From NCBI RefSeq assembly GCF_030028105.1, contig NC_092393.1:55865121-55929120 (forward strand): a stretch of 64,000 nucleotides of DNA. The letters are read 5' to 3'. The notes under the pieces were generated by a model. It was not told the DNA's origin. It searched no databases and saw only the letters and a list, made by a program, of their open reading frames with translations. This document shows, in pieces, positions 47,301 to 62,300 of this stretch. The position numbers and the translations under genes were made by a program. Within the stretch, counting starts at the first letter, position 1. Each line of letters begins with the position of its first letter. The stretch comes from Mobula birostris. Taxonomy: Eukaryota.

Positions 47301-50300
47301 CCTCTGGTCAGGTTCGACTTCCTGATTTCCTTCATGTCCTTCATAGCCCTCCACGCCAGCGCCTTCCGTATCTTTATGTCCTTCTCCGAACTCATCATTC
47401 TTGACCCGAGGTACTTGAAGTCAAAGACTTTCTTAATGGTATCGTTCTTTACAGTCTTGAGAGTACCTTCGTCGCATTTAAATGCCATGTTCTCTGTCTT
47501 TTTAGTGTTTAGGTGAAGTTAACTTTATTGCACTCAATTTCCACTTTTGTCAGTAGCTGCTGTGCTTCCTCCATCTGGTCAGAGAGCAGGACTATGTCAT
47601 CTGCAAAATCGAGATCTGTGAGCGTAATTGGTCTGACCCTTTTGGTTCGTCCTGGTTTTATGGTAAAACCAAGCTTGTCATGATCTTTGGTAGCTTGACA
47701 CAGAGCGTAATCAAGGACAATTATAAAGATGTAGGGTGCCAGAGTGTCTCCTTGCAGCACACCAGCTAGGAGCTCGAACACTGCTGTTTCTCTGTCTGGT
47801 GATACCCCCATACCCTCTCACTTTAAGTCTACGCCCTCGAGTTTTAAGAGTCCTCTACCCTGGGGGATAAACTGTGACTACCCCACATGATTTTATATGC
47901 CTCCATAAAATTACTCCTCAGCCTCCTTTACTCCAAGGAAAATGGTTCCAGCCTAATCTATCCTTATAACTCAAGTCTTCCTGTCCAAGTAATGTTCTTG
48001 TGAATCTTTACTTCTTCCTCTCTAGGCTAATCACATCCTGAGGTATTTATTGATGTGCGGTTGACCCTTTAAGAAGCATTGGGAAGGGAACAAGCAGTAA
48101 GGGCTGTCTCATGTTAATTTTGTTTATGTCTGATACTGTGAGACTTGAACAGGTGATTCTATAAACCTGATATGTGAAGCCAGACAACTCCATAGCAACT
48201 CTAGGTTGTTGATTAGCTAAATGGCTTGGCCCAGTGATGGGATCTGGAACTCAATGAATGAGATTTGGGTTCTTCCTGCTTAGCTGTAGCTAACCTTGGT
48301 TGTACTTAAACTGGAAGCTTCTAAAGCTAGAAAATTGCACAGATTTTTTTTAACCTAGTTTTCTTATTAGATTACTCCCCCCACCAGCCCGATTTGAAGG
48401 ACTCGCAGTGATTTACTGCATCACACTATGTTTCTTTGAGTTTGTGTGTCCACGAGGAGCTGGGGTGGGGTGGGGTGGGGTGGGGGGAGGAGTCTCCACA
48501 ATGGGCAAACAGAGAAACTGTATGATTTATCCAGCAGTTTGGTTTGGAGATGTTGGATGGCATTGTGCTTTCAAACATGTAGAAGACCTGGCTGCCTGAA
48601 ACAATAATAGCAAAAAAAGAGTTTATAACTTGCACAGTGTTGAAACTTGCTATGGACCATAATGTACTTGTTCTTTAAAAATAAACATTTGTCATCAACA
48701 ATTTCAGAGCATTGAGTCAACTCACACTGAAGTAAGATGTGATCTTTTTAATTAGTTGTACAGCTGCCTTCTAACCCATGACCAAGGATTTTTTTTTAAC
48801 TGAGAACCATGAAGAATAATAATGACATCATAATTAGAAATGGGAGTAGACCATTTTGCCTCCTTCTGTTTCTATCACAGGTCAATAAAATAATAGTTGA
48901 TCAGTGCCACTTTCTTAACCTCATATCTCTGTATTTCCTATCGATCTCTGTCCTAAACTAAGGACAGAGTACTGTAAGAATCGTTGTGCCTGATCATTAA
49001 CAGCACTATTGAGTAGATTATTTCAAAGACTGTCTGCTCTCTGGCAAAGAATCTTTGGTCCTGAATAGCTGACCTCCTTCGATGGAGTTAGTGACCATAC
49101 TTTGAGACACTTCAGCAGGGGAAGTTTCACCCGGCTTCTACTCAATGAAGTCCTGCAACAGGTTTGAATGTTTCAATGAGATTCCCTTCACTTTTAATTT
49201 ATGTGGGGCCCAGTCTGTTTAATTTCTCCTTGTAAAACAATTTTCATGACATCCCTAGCCTAATCCAAGGAATCAATCCAGTGAATCTGTTAGAAGAATG
49301 TTCTTCTTTGGCAGGGTGACCTGACCTGTATATAATATTCCAGATTGGTATTACCGGGTGTTATACCAAAAGTTCCCCACGTAAATAATATACGACCTTT
49401 GCAGGCCTCTTTATTTACACTGTGCCCTATATTACCACTACGATTTCAGAGTTAATGTGCAACATTTACCGATGTATGCAGATGGTGCCAAGCATATATT
49501 CAGCTGGAGGCCTGTTCTGTGTGTGACAGGGAGGAATGGGGCTTATTTTGTGGGTTGTTTGTTGCTTGTTTTGTTCAGCTTCCTGGGCATGCTATTTTGC
49601 CACTAGAATGTGTGGTGACATTTGCGGGCTGCCCTGGCACATCCATAGGTGTGTTGGTTGTTAATACAAACAATGATTTCACTGTAGGTTTTGGTGTACA
49701 CATGACAAATAAACAAATCTTGTTCTGAGAGCAGCCAAATGCTGGGTTATGAGATGAATATTCCAGAAGCAGAAGTTCAAATCTCACCATGGGTGTGTAG
49801 AGTTTACAATCATTATATTAAATAATACTGAAATAAAAAATACTATAATCAGTGATGATGAAATGTCAGATCATCATTGAAATGTAACTGATACACTGAT
49901 ATTCTTCATTGAAGAAAATCTACTATCCTTGCCAAGTCTGGCCCTTTTCAACCTCGCCAACATGAAATAAGCCAGTAAGTCACTTTATTTCATGGCAATC
50001 AAATGTGGGTGATGAGTGTTGTACTAGCCAGTGCAGTTTCATCCAGCATATCCCAATAAATGTTATGCTCTTGGAGATGCCATCTTGTTAATTATATTTA
50101 CCTGTCTCCGGATATTTTCTCTGTATCATGGCGCAACATATTGTGCGCTGAATTTGTTCTTTTTCTACCCCTTTTTAGATTGGATTACTGTTGCCAATGA
50201 TCTTCTTAGCAAGTGCCATATCAATCGGAGGGTGACAAAGCTCTGTGAATGTGACGCAAGCGTGTTTGTTGCACTTTATGAAGCTATTCTCGGTGAAAAG

Positions 50301-53300
50301 GTCCCAGGTGAGTGAGCCCATGAATGATGATTAGCATTAAATAAATTTGGCTCTGTACTGAAGTAATTTTAGGGGTTTGGCATACTGCACGACAATGAGC
50401 AAATCTGTATATATCCATTTACTCTATTACAGATTACATTGCTACCCCCAAAAGCCAAGAAGATGATGCCCATAATGTACAAGCTGTGATAGATTCATTG
50501 GCTTTGGATTACTTGCAAATCAGTTTGTCTCACATAACCGGTCAGTAATAAATGAAGCAACTTTATGTATTCATTTTCAAAGTGAATGCTTCAGTTGGAT
50601 GTAGAAATGTTCAGGAGTTATAACACTAGTGGCAACACTAAAACTACTGTAAGGTTCTGAAGGAATGTTGAGAACTGACATGTTTTCTTGTGTATATATA
50701 GATGTAACATGGGTGGAGATGCATCTCTACCAAAGGAGGTGCAAGGCACTCCTCCCCTCCGCTGGCTTGCAGGTCACCGTTCGGTGAAGTGTAGCACTTG
50801 CTTAGCCTGATCAGGATCATGTGAACCCATGGGAGCAGGCGGTGGATATTTGTATGAGCAGCTGATGCATATCTCATAAAGCATGGCACATAACGAACGA
50901 TTGGGATGATAATAACAATTTAACTTGAGCGTGAAACTGAAAAGTAACCTTTGTACATTAATCTGATTAATGCTTTCCCCTCACTTACCCAGGAGAGAAT
51001 ATTATTCAGAATAACAAAGAAAGTATCCGCAATCTGTTGGAAATATTTGATGGTTTACTGGAATATCTCACAGAACAGATAAGTGAGGCATCCTCGCAGC
51101 CTGGTAAGTAATAAACACGAGATTCTACAGATGTTGGAAATCCAGAGCAACACACACACAAAATGCTGGTAGAACTCAGCTGGTCAGGTAGCATCTAAAG
51201 AGAGGAGTAAACAGATTCCATAGATTCAGCCTGACCTACTGAGTTCCTCCAGCATCTTGTGTGTGTTGCACAGTAAATAATTTTCTTATTTTTAATAGAA
51301 GGCGAGCAGGGCAACTTACTTCGTAGTCTGAGTAATCTATTTGTGGGTTGGGGGTACGGGAAGGAAATTCAATTCAGTCATGGCGATCACCTGTCTCCAA
51401 CATGACTACAAAAGAAACAGAAGTGTGAACTTAACCTACTGATATAAATTTTGAGTGTTTTTCCTCATTTGGAAAGTAACAAATTGTGATCCTGATGTTT
51501 TAATGTCTGGTGAAATAGGTCTGCTTATGTTGTTTTGGATCCCTCTTTTAAAAGTTGGCACTTACAAATGCTTGTAAATTTCAGAATCAGGTTTAATATT
51601 ACAGACATGTTGCAAAAATTGTTTTGTGGCAATAGTACAGTACAATATATAAAATCTAAAAAAATACATTAAGAAATACTGCATATATAAAAATAAATAG
51701 GTAGTGCAAAAATAGTGAGGTAGTGTTCACATCTAACTTCTTTGTTTATAGTCATAGTCATATACTTTATTGATTCTGGGGGAAATTGGTTTTTGTTACA
51801 GTTGCACTGTAAATAATTAAGTAGTAATAAAAGCATAAATAATTAAGTAGTAATATGTAAATTATGCCAGGAAATTATGAAATAAGTCCAGGACCAGCCT
51901 ATTGGCTCAGGGTGTCTGACCCTCCAAGGGAGGAATTGTAAAGTTTGATGGCCACAGGCAGGAATGACTTCCTATGACGCTCTGTGTTGCATCTCAGTGG
52001 AATGAGTCTCTAGCTGAATGTACTCCTGTGCCCAACCAGTACATTATGTAGTGGATGGGAGACATTGTCCAAGATGGCATGCAACTTGGACAGCATCCTC
52101 TTTTCAGACACCACCGTCAGAGAGTCCAGTTCCATCCCCACAACATCATTGGCCTTACGAATGAGTTTGTTGATTCTGTTGGTGTCTGCTACCCTCAGCC
52201 TGCTGCCCCAGCACACAACAGGAAACATGATCGCACTGGCCACCACAGACTTGTAGAACATCCTCAGCATCGTCCGACAGATGTTAAAGGACCTCAGTCT
52301 CCTCAGGAAATAGTGACGGCTCTGACCCTTCTTGTAGACAGCCTCAGTGTTCTTTGACCAGTCCAGTTTATTGTCAATTTGTATCCCCGGGTATTTGTAA
52401 TCCTCCGCCATGTCCACACTGACCCCCTGGATGGAAACAGGGGTCACCAGTACCTGATATGGGTATCACTTGCATAGCTCATTATTGTCCTTGGGAAGGG
52501 AATAGTGATCCTCCTCCTAGGAAAAGTGTTCTGACAATGCCATTTTTGTAACAAAATTCCAGGATATAGATCTATAGATGATACCAGAACAAGAATTATA
52601 TTTCCAAATCCGAATGGTGGAGAATCTACATGTAGTGGAATTTCCACCTACAACTCTTACCCTTGGTGTTATAGATCATGAGTTTAAGGGATGCCATGCT
52701 ACTCTTAATGGTTTGGGTTGTATTATTTGGATTCATATATTGGGCTTAGCTATAGAAGAAAAAAGTAGGTGCTGATAGGAAGGAGGTCTGTAACCAGTGG
52801 AGTTCCTTAACAATTGGTGCTGGAACTTTTATTGTTTATGATATAAATGAATTGGACAAAACTGTTGGTGGGATGACACAAAACTTGGAGTTGTGTAGAG
52901 TGAAGAAATTGTCAAAGCATTCAGCAGGGCAGAGACTAGTTGAAACTGTGGACAGAGAAATGGTAAACAGACTTTAATTCTGACAAGTGTAAGGTGTGGC
53001 TCTTTAGGATGTCAAATGTAAGAGGAAAGTTTGTGGAAAATGGTGGGGGATTTAGGAGCATTGATATACAGAGGAATCTTGAGGTACAAGTCCATAGCTC
53101 TCTAAAAGTGTCAACACAAGTAGTATGGCATTTTTCTCTTCATTGGTCAGCATGCTGGGTATAAAAGTTGCAGCTGTTCATCGTAATTCATAGTAATTAG
53201 TTGATCTACTGGCATCTTTGGGAATTGGAACTGGTTTATTATTATTGCATGTACTGAGATGCATTGAAAAGTTGCAAACTTTGGCTAGGCCACATTTGGA

Positions 53301-56300
53301 ATATTGTATGCAGTTTTGGCTGCCACTTTTACAGGAAGGATATGTGGGGAATCTTTAGAGAGGGTGCAGAAGAGGTTCACTGGATATTGCCTGGACTAGA
53401 GAATATTTGCTGTAAGGAGAGATTGGACCAACTGGGATTGTCAGAGGCTGAAGTATGTAAAATATATGAGCGACATAGTTCAAATAGTTGGTCTTCATTC
53501 CAGGTGGAAATGTCAAATATTAGGGCATCACTTTATGATGAGAGGGGCAAGATTTAAATGCTATTTATGTGACAAGTCTTTTTACACGGAATGGTAGGCA
53601 CCTGGAACATGCTGCTAGGGGAGCTGGTGGTAGCAGATACAATAGCAATTGTTAAGAGTCATTTAGACAGACACATGGATAGTCAGGGAATTGAGTGATA
53701 CGGACTACATGGTGTCAGATGTGCAATTTAAACAATTATCATGGTTGGTACAGACGTGTCAGGCTAAAGGATCCATTACTGTGGTGAGCTGTTCTAGTAG
53801 TGTCGTCACTCGCGTCGAGTATGATGTTCTCTTAAGGCAAGGGTTCCCAACCCTTTTTATGCCATGGAGTCTTACTATTACCATGGACCCTAGGTTGGGA
53901 ACCCCTGTCCTAAGTGGTTGTCTATTGGTGTGTCCTCGGGTGTCTGTAGAGGCCGATCTGGGATCCACATACTCAGCTGCAGTGTAGCCAAGAGTGAATG
54001 GTGACTGTAGTTGTTCAGTCCTTCCTGTCACAGCTGCCATTTGGTCTCTGCAGCTCAGTGGAGGTCAAATTCATGCAGTGCAGCTCCCTCTTGTACAGAT
54101 TTCCTGCAGCTCTATCTACTGAGTGCAATGTCTTCCTAGTTCTTGGATGTAATATTGAATTTCTTCAGGCTGATTTTGATGTTGTCTTTGAAACATTTCC
54201 TTTGTCCACTTATGAATACACCATGATGTCCATATTAATATGGAAAAAATGGGATACTTTCCGAAGGTTTGGCTGAGACTCCTAGGAATAGTTTAGAGCA
54301 TAAGCACTGGTGTTACCAATAAGAATTAAATGTTCTTTTTCTATGCTAAACATTTTATCTAATATCATACTTTGCCAGGCAACATTTTGTAATGAGAAGC
54401 ACCATAGTAGATCAAATGCAGTATCAATCCAGATGTAATCTTTTCTGAATAATAGGATATTTTTATTTCCATTTCAACCTTCTGTAAACCCATCTTTTGA
54501 TTGTGTCAATCTAAGATTAAGAGTAAAATTAGGTTCATTGTCATATGTCTATCAGAGCATTCAATTAAAGCAGCGTTAATATTATTAATCATATTTTTAA
54601 ACAGATGATCCTGACCTCCTATCCAGTGAAGCAATATCTGTAATTAGAGGTGTACTTCAAGAGGAGCTAGGAGCCTCACATAAAGAAAATTTACCTGGAA
54701 CAGGAGACCACTTGTCAAAAGAGTTGAGTTCATTTTCTGGATGTATGGAGTTTTTTCCTGTAATCAGAGATGCATTGAATCACTTCCGTAAGGCAAGCAC
54801 CAAGAAACTATGTAGACATAATAGCTTTAATGGCATTATTTGAAGGGGAGATCGGTGTTCTTTCTGTCAGATGTTGCTATATCAGCTAGCATCAATCTCA
54901 GACTTTGGAACATTTTCCAATGAAAGGATGTCCAGGGTCTGTGGAGGGGAATATTTTGACTTAATGACCTAAAAGTAGATCAGTACCTACTATATCACAA
55001 TATACATTCACTGTATGATGAGTTTACAAGGCCTTGTTTACTACTGAATCAGCCTAGCACAAAGGATTGGAGATGGTTCATGGGGGGGGGGGGAGTGGCT
55101 AATTGGGTTGGCATCATGATTAAGTGGGAAAGCGGTTGGTTGGCAAGGGCTGCAAGTAATTTCAAGTTTGGTAGGCTGTCTCAATGTAATAGTTGAGAAA
55201 AAGACTATAATTTCAAGTGAACAAAAACTCATACTCTTCATAATGACACAAAATGTAGCAATTCAGCCCATTGAGGACCATGCTGGCTTTCAAAGGAACA
55301 ATGATATTATCCTATTTTTCCCCTTGTTCTTTATACCCCTGAAATTTATCCTTTCACACATGAGGATCAACGTCTCCTTTTGATTCTTTGTCCTTGTTAA
55401 TTGGTTAATCTGCTGGCATCTTTGGAAATTGGAAGTGGTTTATTATTATTGCATGTACGGAGATACACTGAAAAGTTTCAATCTGGGTACCAACCAGGTA
55501 AATGGTTCCACTATTATGTAGTGAATTAATCTTCTAGCATGTATTTGGTAAAATTGATGCACATAATAGAAACCCATATGGTCATGGGAAGAACATGCAG
55601 ACTTCACATGGAAATAACCCATGGTTGATGCTGAATCCAGGTTCAAGGACCAAGGAGGCACTAGCACTAATTGCCTAGTCACTGTGCTGTCCGTGGTTAA
55701 GCCTGTATGAGGTTGGGAATGTGATCTAGATTGTCCTTTTAATTTAAGATTCATAATTGTTTGTTCTGCTAATAAGAAATATTGTTTGTAACTGGTCTAG
55801 CTCATCATCTTCAGTTCCTACGTGGGATGGAGGTGGATCTGAATCCACTAATGAACTCATTCGACTTGGTGAATCTGCTTGTACATATAGCCACAGAGTG
55901 GGTACAGGTAAATATTGCATCATTTTCTCAATAAGAGTCCTGTTGAATAATTGTACTATCTCTCCTGTGTACTTTATATTAGAGACTCCTTTTAGAAATG
56001 GAACATAGAAAATTACACCACATTATAGGTCCTTCAGTCCATGATGTTCTGCCAACTCTAAGATCAATGTAACCCTTCCCATAAGATATAGGAGCAGAAT
56101 TAGGCCATTCAGCTCATCAAGTCTGCTCCTATGGTATTCCCTGGTATCATGGTATTCCTTCTCATTAAACCTTCCATATTTTTTATCTATGTTTCATGCA
56201 CTTACCACTGAGTGTTTATATTTAAAAAAAACTCCTCTCTCTGACACCTCCCCCTCCCCCAAACTTTCTTCCAATCATCTTAAAATTATGTCCTCTCTTA

Positions 56301-59300
56301 TTAGCTATTTCTGCCCTGGGAAAAAAGGTACTGTCTGTTCACTCAATCTGTGCTTCTTAACATCTTAAATACCTCTAACAAGTCACCCCTTATCATCCCT
56401 CACTCCAAAGAGAAAAGCCAAAGTTTGCTCAACTTATCCTCATAAAATATGCTGTCTAATCCAGACAGCACCCTGGTAAATCTGTGCACTCTCTTTAAAG
56501 CTTCCACATCCTTCGTATGATGAGGACCAGAACTGAACACAAGTGTGTTCTAACCAGAGTTTTGTAGAGCTGCAGCACTACCTTGGAGCTGTTGAACTCA
56601 ATTCCCCAACTACTGAAGTCCAACATGCCATATCTTGCTACCCTATCATCTTGTGCGGCAATTTTAAGGATCTATGGGTGTGGATCCCTCCGTTCCTCCA
56701 CACTGCTAAGAATCAACCCTGTTCTGTGCCTTCCAAAGTGAATCACTTCACACTTTTCCAGACTGGATGAGCAATTTCTCTTTTTTTTTTATTTGTTGGA
56801 GCCTCAAATATAATCAAAGTTTTACAAAGTCTTGACTTTGTTATTTTCAAAAATAAAATTTGCTTATTGTTTTTGTTTTGAGACCTACCTGAAATTCGAT
56901 GGAGTAGTGGCCAGCAACCAGAAAAACAGTTGAAACTGGAGACCCGAAGGGAAAATGGGATTTGCTCGTTTCCTGCTGGCTCTGTCGTTCAACACAATGC
57001 TAATCAGGAAGAAATTCTGAAATCGGGAAGTAAGCATCAAAATTATCTTTGTTCAGAAACAAGTACGGTCCTAAGGGGTAGATAGATAGATGGATAGACA
57101 TTATTGATCCCGAGGGAAATTGGGTTTCGTTACAGCTGCACCAACCAAGAATAGAGCATAAATATAGCAAAACAAAAACCACAATCAAACAACAATATGC
57201 AAACTATGCCAGATGGAAATAAGTCCAGGACCAGCCTATTGGCTCAGGGTGTCTGACCCTCCACAGGAGGAGCTGCAAAGTTCGATGGGTAGTTTGATTT
57301 TTTTAGTTTTTGTTATGGAGCTCCTTTGTCTATGTGGAATGTGCTATAATTATTTATGCCCAGGAGATTGTGGAGTTGAATCCCAAGGTTCCAACCATAA
57401 AGTTGCCTTAGGAATTTTTCCACTGTACAGACTGACTATTTGTTTTTAATGCAAAATGAAGACCTCTTCTTTGCAAAAACAAAAGAATTACAAACAAGAT
57501 GCTGGAGGAACTCAGCAGGTCAGGCAGCATCTATGGAAAGCAATAAAGAGTTGATGTTTTGGGCTGACAGCCTTTCCATAGATGCTGCCTGACCTGCTGA
57601 GTTCCTGCAGCATTTTGTGTCTATTAGTCTGGATTTCCAGCATCTGCAGAATCTCAAGTGTTAAAGAGTTACAGATATTGGGCATCTGGAAAACAAAAAT
57701 GTCAGGCAACTTGTATGGCCAAGAAAACCAAGTTAAATGTTTTGAGCCAAGATCTTTTGTCAAAGCTAGAAAAAACAGTACCATAACCATTTTGTGTAAG
57801 TATAAACAAATGTGGATTTGGGTGTGTATAAATGGACATGGTGAGGTTGGGGAAATCGAAGGTCTTGCTGTGGCAATTAAGTATGTAGCACACAATGCCT
57901 CCTAAATTTTCTAGCTCCAGTGAAGGATCATTTGTCTCTCCACAGATACTGCTTTGTTTGTTGAGTATTTCTAGCCATTTCTGTTTTTATTGTGGATGGA
58001 AGTGCTGAATAAACTAAACCTGTTCATCCCAGTTTAAATCTAGTCAGTTAAGTTCAGACATTGACAATGAATCGGGTACCAGTATTGAAAGCATTGAGTC
58101 AGATTGCACACAAGTTGCCTGTCTCTGTTTTGTTATTGAAATAATATGTAAATATTTATTTTCTCTTTGATTTAAATCAACTTATTTAGTATTTTACATC
58201 TGTAATGAAGTCATAGCCTCCAGACCTAGCTTACACTTAGCAAATCAGAATAAGTATCAGTGTAATCATTCAGGAATGTAGCAATATTCTGTTTTTAAGT
58301 AATACTTCAGGTGGTAACTTATCAGATGGCCATTAAGAGGAAGTTTGTTATTACAGTCATCCAATGTTTTTGTCAATATTTTTTCAGTTGTTTGTATCAA
58401 AATAGTCAGACAATGGCTTCACTGTTAATGTACATCTCTAATCATATGATGGGCAAACCATCTGATTTGTCAGACTCATCCCAGCCAAAAGGATCAATTT
58501 AAGATATAGCTGCTTCCTTGTTCTTCGTTCATAATCCCATTTGGTCCCAATATTTGAAATGCTTACCCAATTACAAGAATAGTTTCTACTTTAATACTGT
58601 GCAATGATCTCCAAGCTCCCCTAGTTTGAACGTATCTGGGCAATCTTGTAGTGGGGTTTTGGGATCCATTGCCAGTGACACTTCCTTTATTTTCCTTATA
58701 CCTCACTAGGAAAGTTGTGTGTCATCATAACTAGATAATTATTAATTACTGAACACACACAAAATGCTGGAGGAACTCAGCAGGTCAGGCAGTATCGAAG
58801 GAGAGAAATAAACAGTCAATGCTTCATGCTGAGACCCTTCATGAGGACTGTGTTAATTACTGAGTGTTTGCTTGTTTGGTTCTCTGCCACTGTAACTCTG
58901 TAACTCTTGTTTGGTACTCTGCTACAGTACTTGGAGGTTTTCAAAAACAATACATTTCTTTCACTACCTGATTTGAATTGACCAATTATACACTTTCTCC
59001 TTTGAAATTGCACTGCTTATTCCTCAGCTATTTGATCATGTTAAGGAGATGATTGGCTTATTCGTTCACAACTGTTTCTTTTGAACCATTCTCAACATGC
59101 AATTCAGTAATTTGCTGAACTGCAAGGGTACAGCAGCAACTGGTTGATGCCCTGACATAATAAAATCCTAACCAATGTGTTCGGGAGCTCTGATGGGTAA
59201 GCTTGAAGCATCTGTTTAATGTTTTTTATTGATATTACTGTTGTGAACTTGTATGTTTGGGTGAGGCAAGAGGGAACTATAGTACCAGGCTGGTTGCCAG

Positions 59301-62300
59301 AGTTTCTCATTGCCAAAACCCTCTTATGAAGACCTGGATTAATATACTGATGACGGTACAGGGCACGCCCTTGGATGTTTAGATTAGAGAGAAACTTCCA
59401 TCAAGTCCGTATTGGTGACAAAGCTTTGCTACAGCTTGCTGTCCCTTTGAGCATTAGAACTAAAATAATTACTAGATATCAAACAAGCATCATCCCACAA
59501 ATTAAACAAAAATGAAGATGTTCATCCTATATGTGATGAAGACATTTTTGATATCTTGAACTTCACTATCATTTACACTGCAATTTTTGGTAGTGGAAGA
59601 CTGATTTATAAGGGGCAGGGTGTACTGTGTTGTAGGGTTACCCTCTTGCAAATTATGGCATGAAGATCAAAAGCAAATTGCCATGCCTTGCGATACTACA
59701 ATAAATTATATAGCACTGCATCAATATCTTATTAAAAGAGGGAAAAAAAATACTGTTTTTCCATACAGAAGAGTCTCCAGCTATCTTGCCTCCTGCAACT
59801 CATTCCACTGGACCAAACACTAATGCGCTGCAGCTTGGGGAACCTATTCGGCCTGCTATTCCTTTGCAGTCTCCGTACCACCCCGCCAAGTACAAGTGTC
59901 CAGTCCAAGGGGCGAAGCTGCTCAGTTCTCAGCCCAGCTCCCATTCTGTGAACACGGTTATGGTCAATCCAGAAGATCATATTGATTCCCAGAGAAAGAG
60001 TCCAATCCTTGCCAAAGGACCAAAAGTGGAATCAGCATCTAAAGGACATAATGTGAGTAGGCTGGAAACATTTAATGTTTTTTAAAAAAATCTATGTAAA
60101 TCATGATATTTGAAACCCATGTTTACAGAGCCTGTATTGAGCTTCATCTCCCTTGCATATCCTGAAACATTTGTGCTTCCTTTGTAGACATCTGACAACT
60201 GAATGTTCAGAGTAGTCATCCCAACTTGTGCACCTATCATAATGGCACAAATAAAGAATAAATAAGATTAGGGTTTAAAATAGAAGCAAAAAACAGCAAA
60301 TCTCTTGCCATAAAAGTAAGCCTGTAAAATGCTTTCAATTGTTGAAATATTGACAATCTGAGAATGGAAAGGGTAAGAAGCAACAAACATTGAAGTTAAC
60401 ATTGGTGATCGGCAAACATCTAACAAAGCTGGGAGCTGTCAGATGTACAGCTTGAGTGGATGGTCTTTTACATATACAATAAAGTGCAGGTAACCTACAG
60501 AGGTAAACAATTACCATATTGGAAAGCTGGAAAATTACTTGGTGAATGTGGCATCATTTTATTGAATGGAAGAAAGGTCAACATTTCAGGTCAATGACCT
60601 TTCATCAGAATAAAAGAAACTCAGAAACAACTTTACAATGTGAAGAGTGGAGGAGTAGAGAACAGGTGAGAGCCAAATTTGTGACTGTCATAAATGAAGA
60701 GATTTGAATGCAAGGATGAAGATAGTACAAATGGGAAAAGTAACCCAGACCCCAGAGGTGGTTTTCTCTTTCTCAATGACAAGAATTTAGATATTATCTG
60801 TCATACTTTCACCCCTTTTTTTGCCTATGTATTTCTCACTTCTAATTCTGGCCCTTTTTGATTTTGCTGAAGTTAGATGAAATAAATGAACCTAGAGAGG
60901 TGACAGCAATCATGCAAACAGAGGAGATAAATTTACAAAGATTATTTTTGTTACAATATTGTAAACAAGTTGAATTCATTTCAGTGTGACTCATTGTCTT
61001 TTCAATGTGCATGTAGGTGCAATATAAGCAGAGGGTGTTTTAGACTTCTGGGAAATGGAGGGTTTTTAATTAATCGACAGCATGTAAAGTGGTTGGGTAG
61101 CTCTATGGATGAAAATTGAAAAATGATGCATATTCATCGTTTTTTTAGTTAATAACTTTGCTGCAATTTTAAAAATAATCTTTTTTAATTAAGTCATTTT
61201 TAAATGACCTCTCTTTTCCCTTCAAGTTCTTTATTTCAAATTGCTCTGTTCTTAAGGTTTCAGAGAGAAGTGAAAAATGTTCTACAAACAAGTCACTATC
61301 AAGTTTCCCCTTGGGTGAGAATGTTGTTTATTACTTCACCCCCATGGGTTTACAAATGGATTGTGTAAAGGGAATTATTCCAGTTTTTATCTCGACTTTA
61401 GTTTACAAAGTATTAGGTTTTCTTTTGTGTGACTTAAACAAAAAACTTCAAGTAATGTGAATCAGTGATAGAAAAAGGCTGGAATTTGTGCCTGTCAATC
61501 AATGTCTCTGAATAATAAATATGTTAGTGTTCTGGATGTGGACCCTTCACAGATTCTTCTAAGGGCTCAAGTTGAAAGATATAAATTTGCAGAATGTGAG
61601 AATCTGGAATAAAAACAAGTTGTTGGAAATACTCAGCAGTCAGGCAGCGACCTTGGAGTGGGTAACACAGTTTTCATTTCTGATTACTTTTCAACTAATA
61701 ATGGATCATCAATAAATATTCACAGCGCTTTTTTTTCTTAGAAAGAAATAATTCGGCCCCAAATCCATTTTACATTTGCTTTTGCCTCCTTTCCTCTGAC
61801 ATCTCTGCAAACTTGTCTTAATTGAGTCTACACCCGGTTTCCTAACTTTATGAAGTATTAACTTTATTACCTTAATTTATGATGCTGGCATTCTTTTTAC
61901 AGTATTTTAAGTTATTTTATTCTAGCTCTTTAATAATCCTCCTTTTGTCTTTACTATTGCTAATAAATGTAAAATTATGACTTCTACATAGTGACCTACT
62001 TGTCACAAGAAATATCAAAACCCTTCACTTTGAATGCCTCTATTCTATCAATATTCCAGTGGCACCTCACTTGTTCTACTCTAATGGGAGAACAATGCTA
62101 TCTTTTTAAATATTTCAATATAACTGATTTCCTTCCTGGTGAGTCTCTGTACTGCCCTGAGACTTTTGTCATTTTCTAATGGGCAGTGTTTAGAACTTCA
62201 AACAGTACTCCAGGTCTTACCAGAGTATGATTTCTTTTCTTCTTCTTCTTCTTCTTGTTGCTGCATTGTTTCTAATATCCCTATTTGTAAAGTCAGGTAG

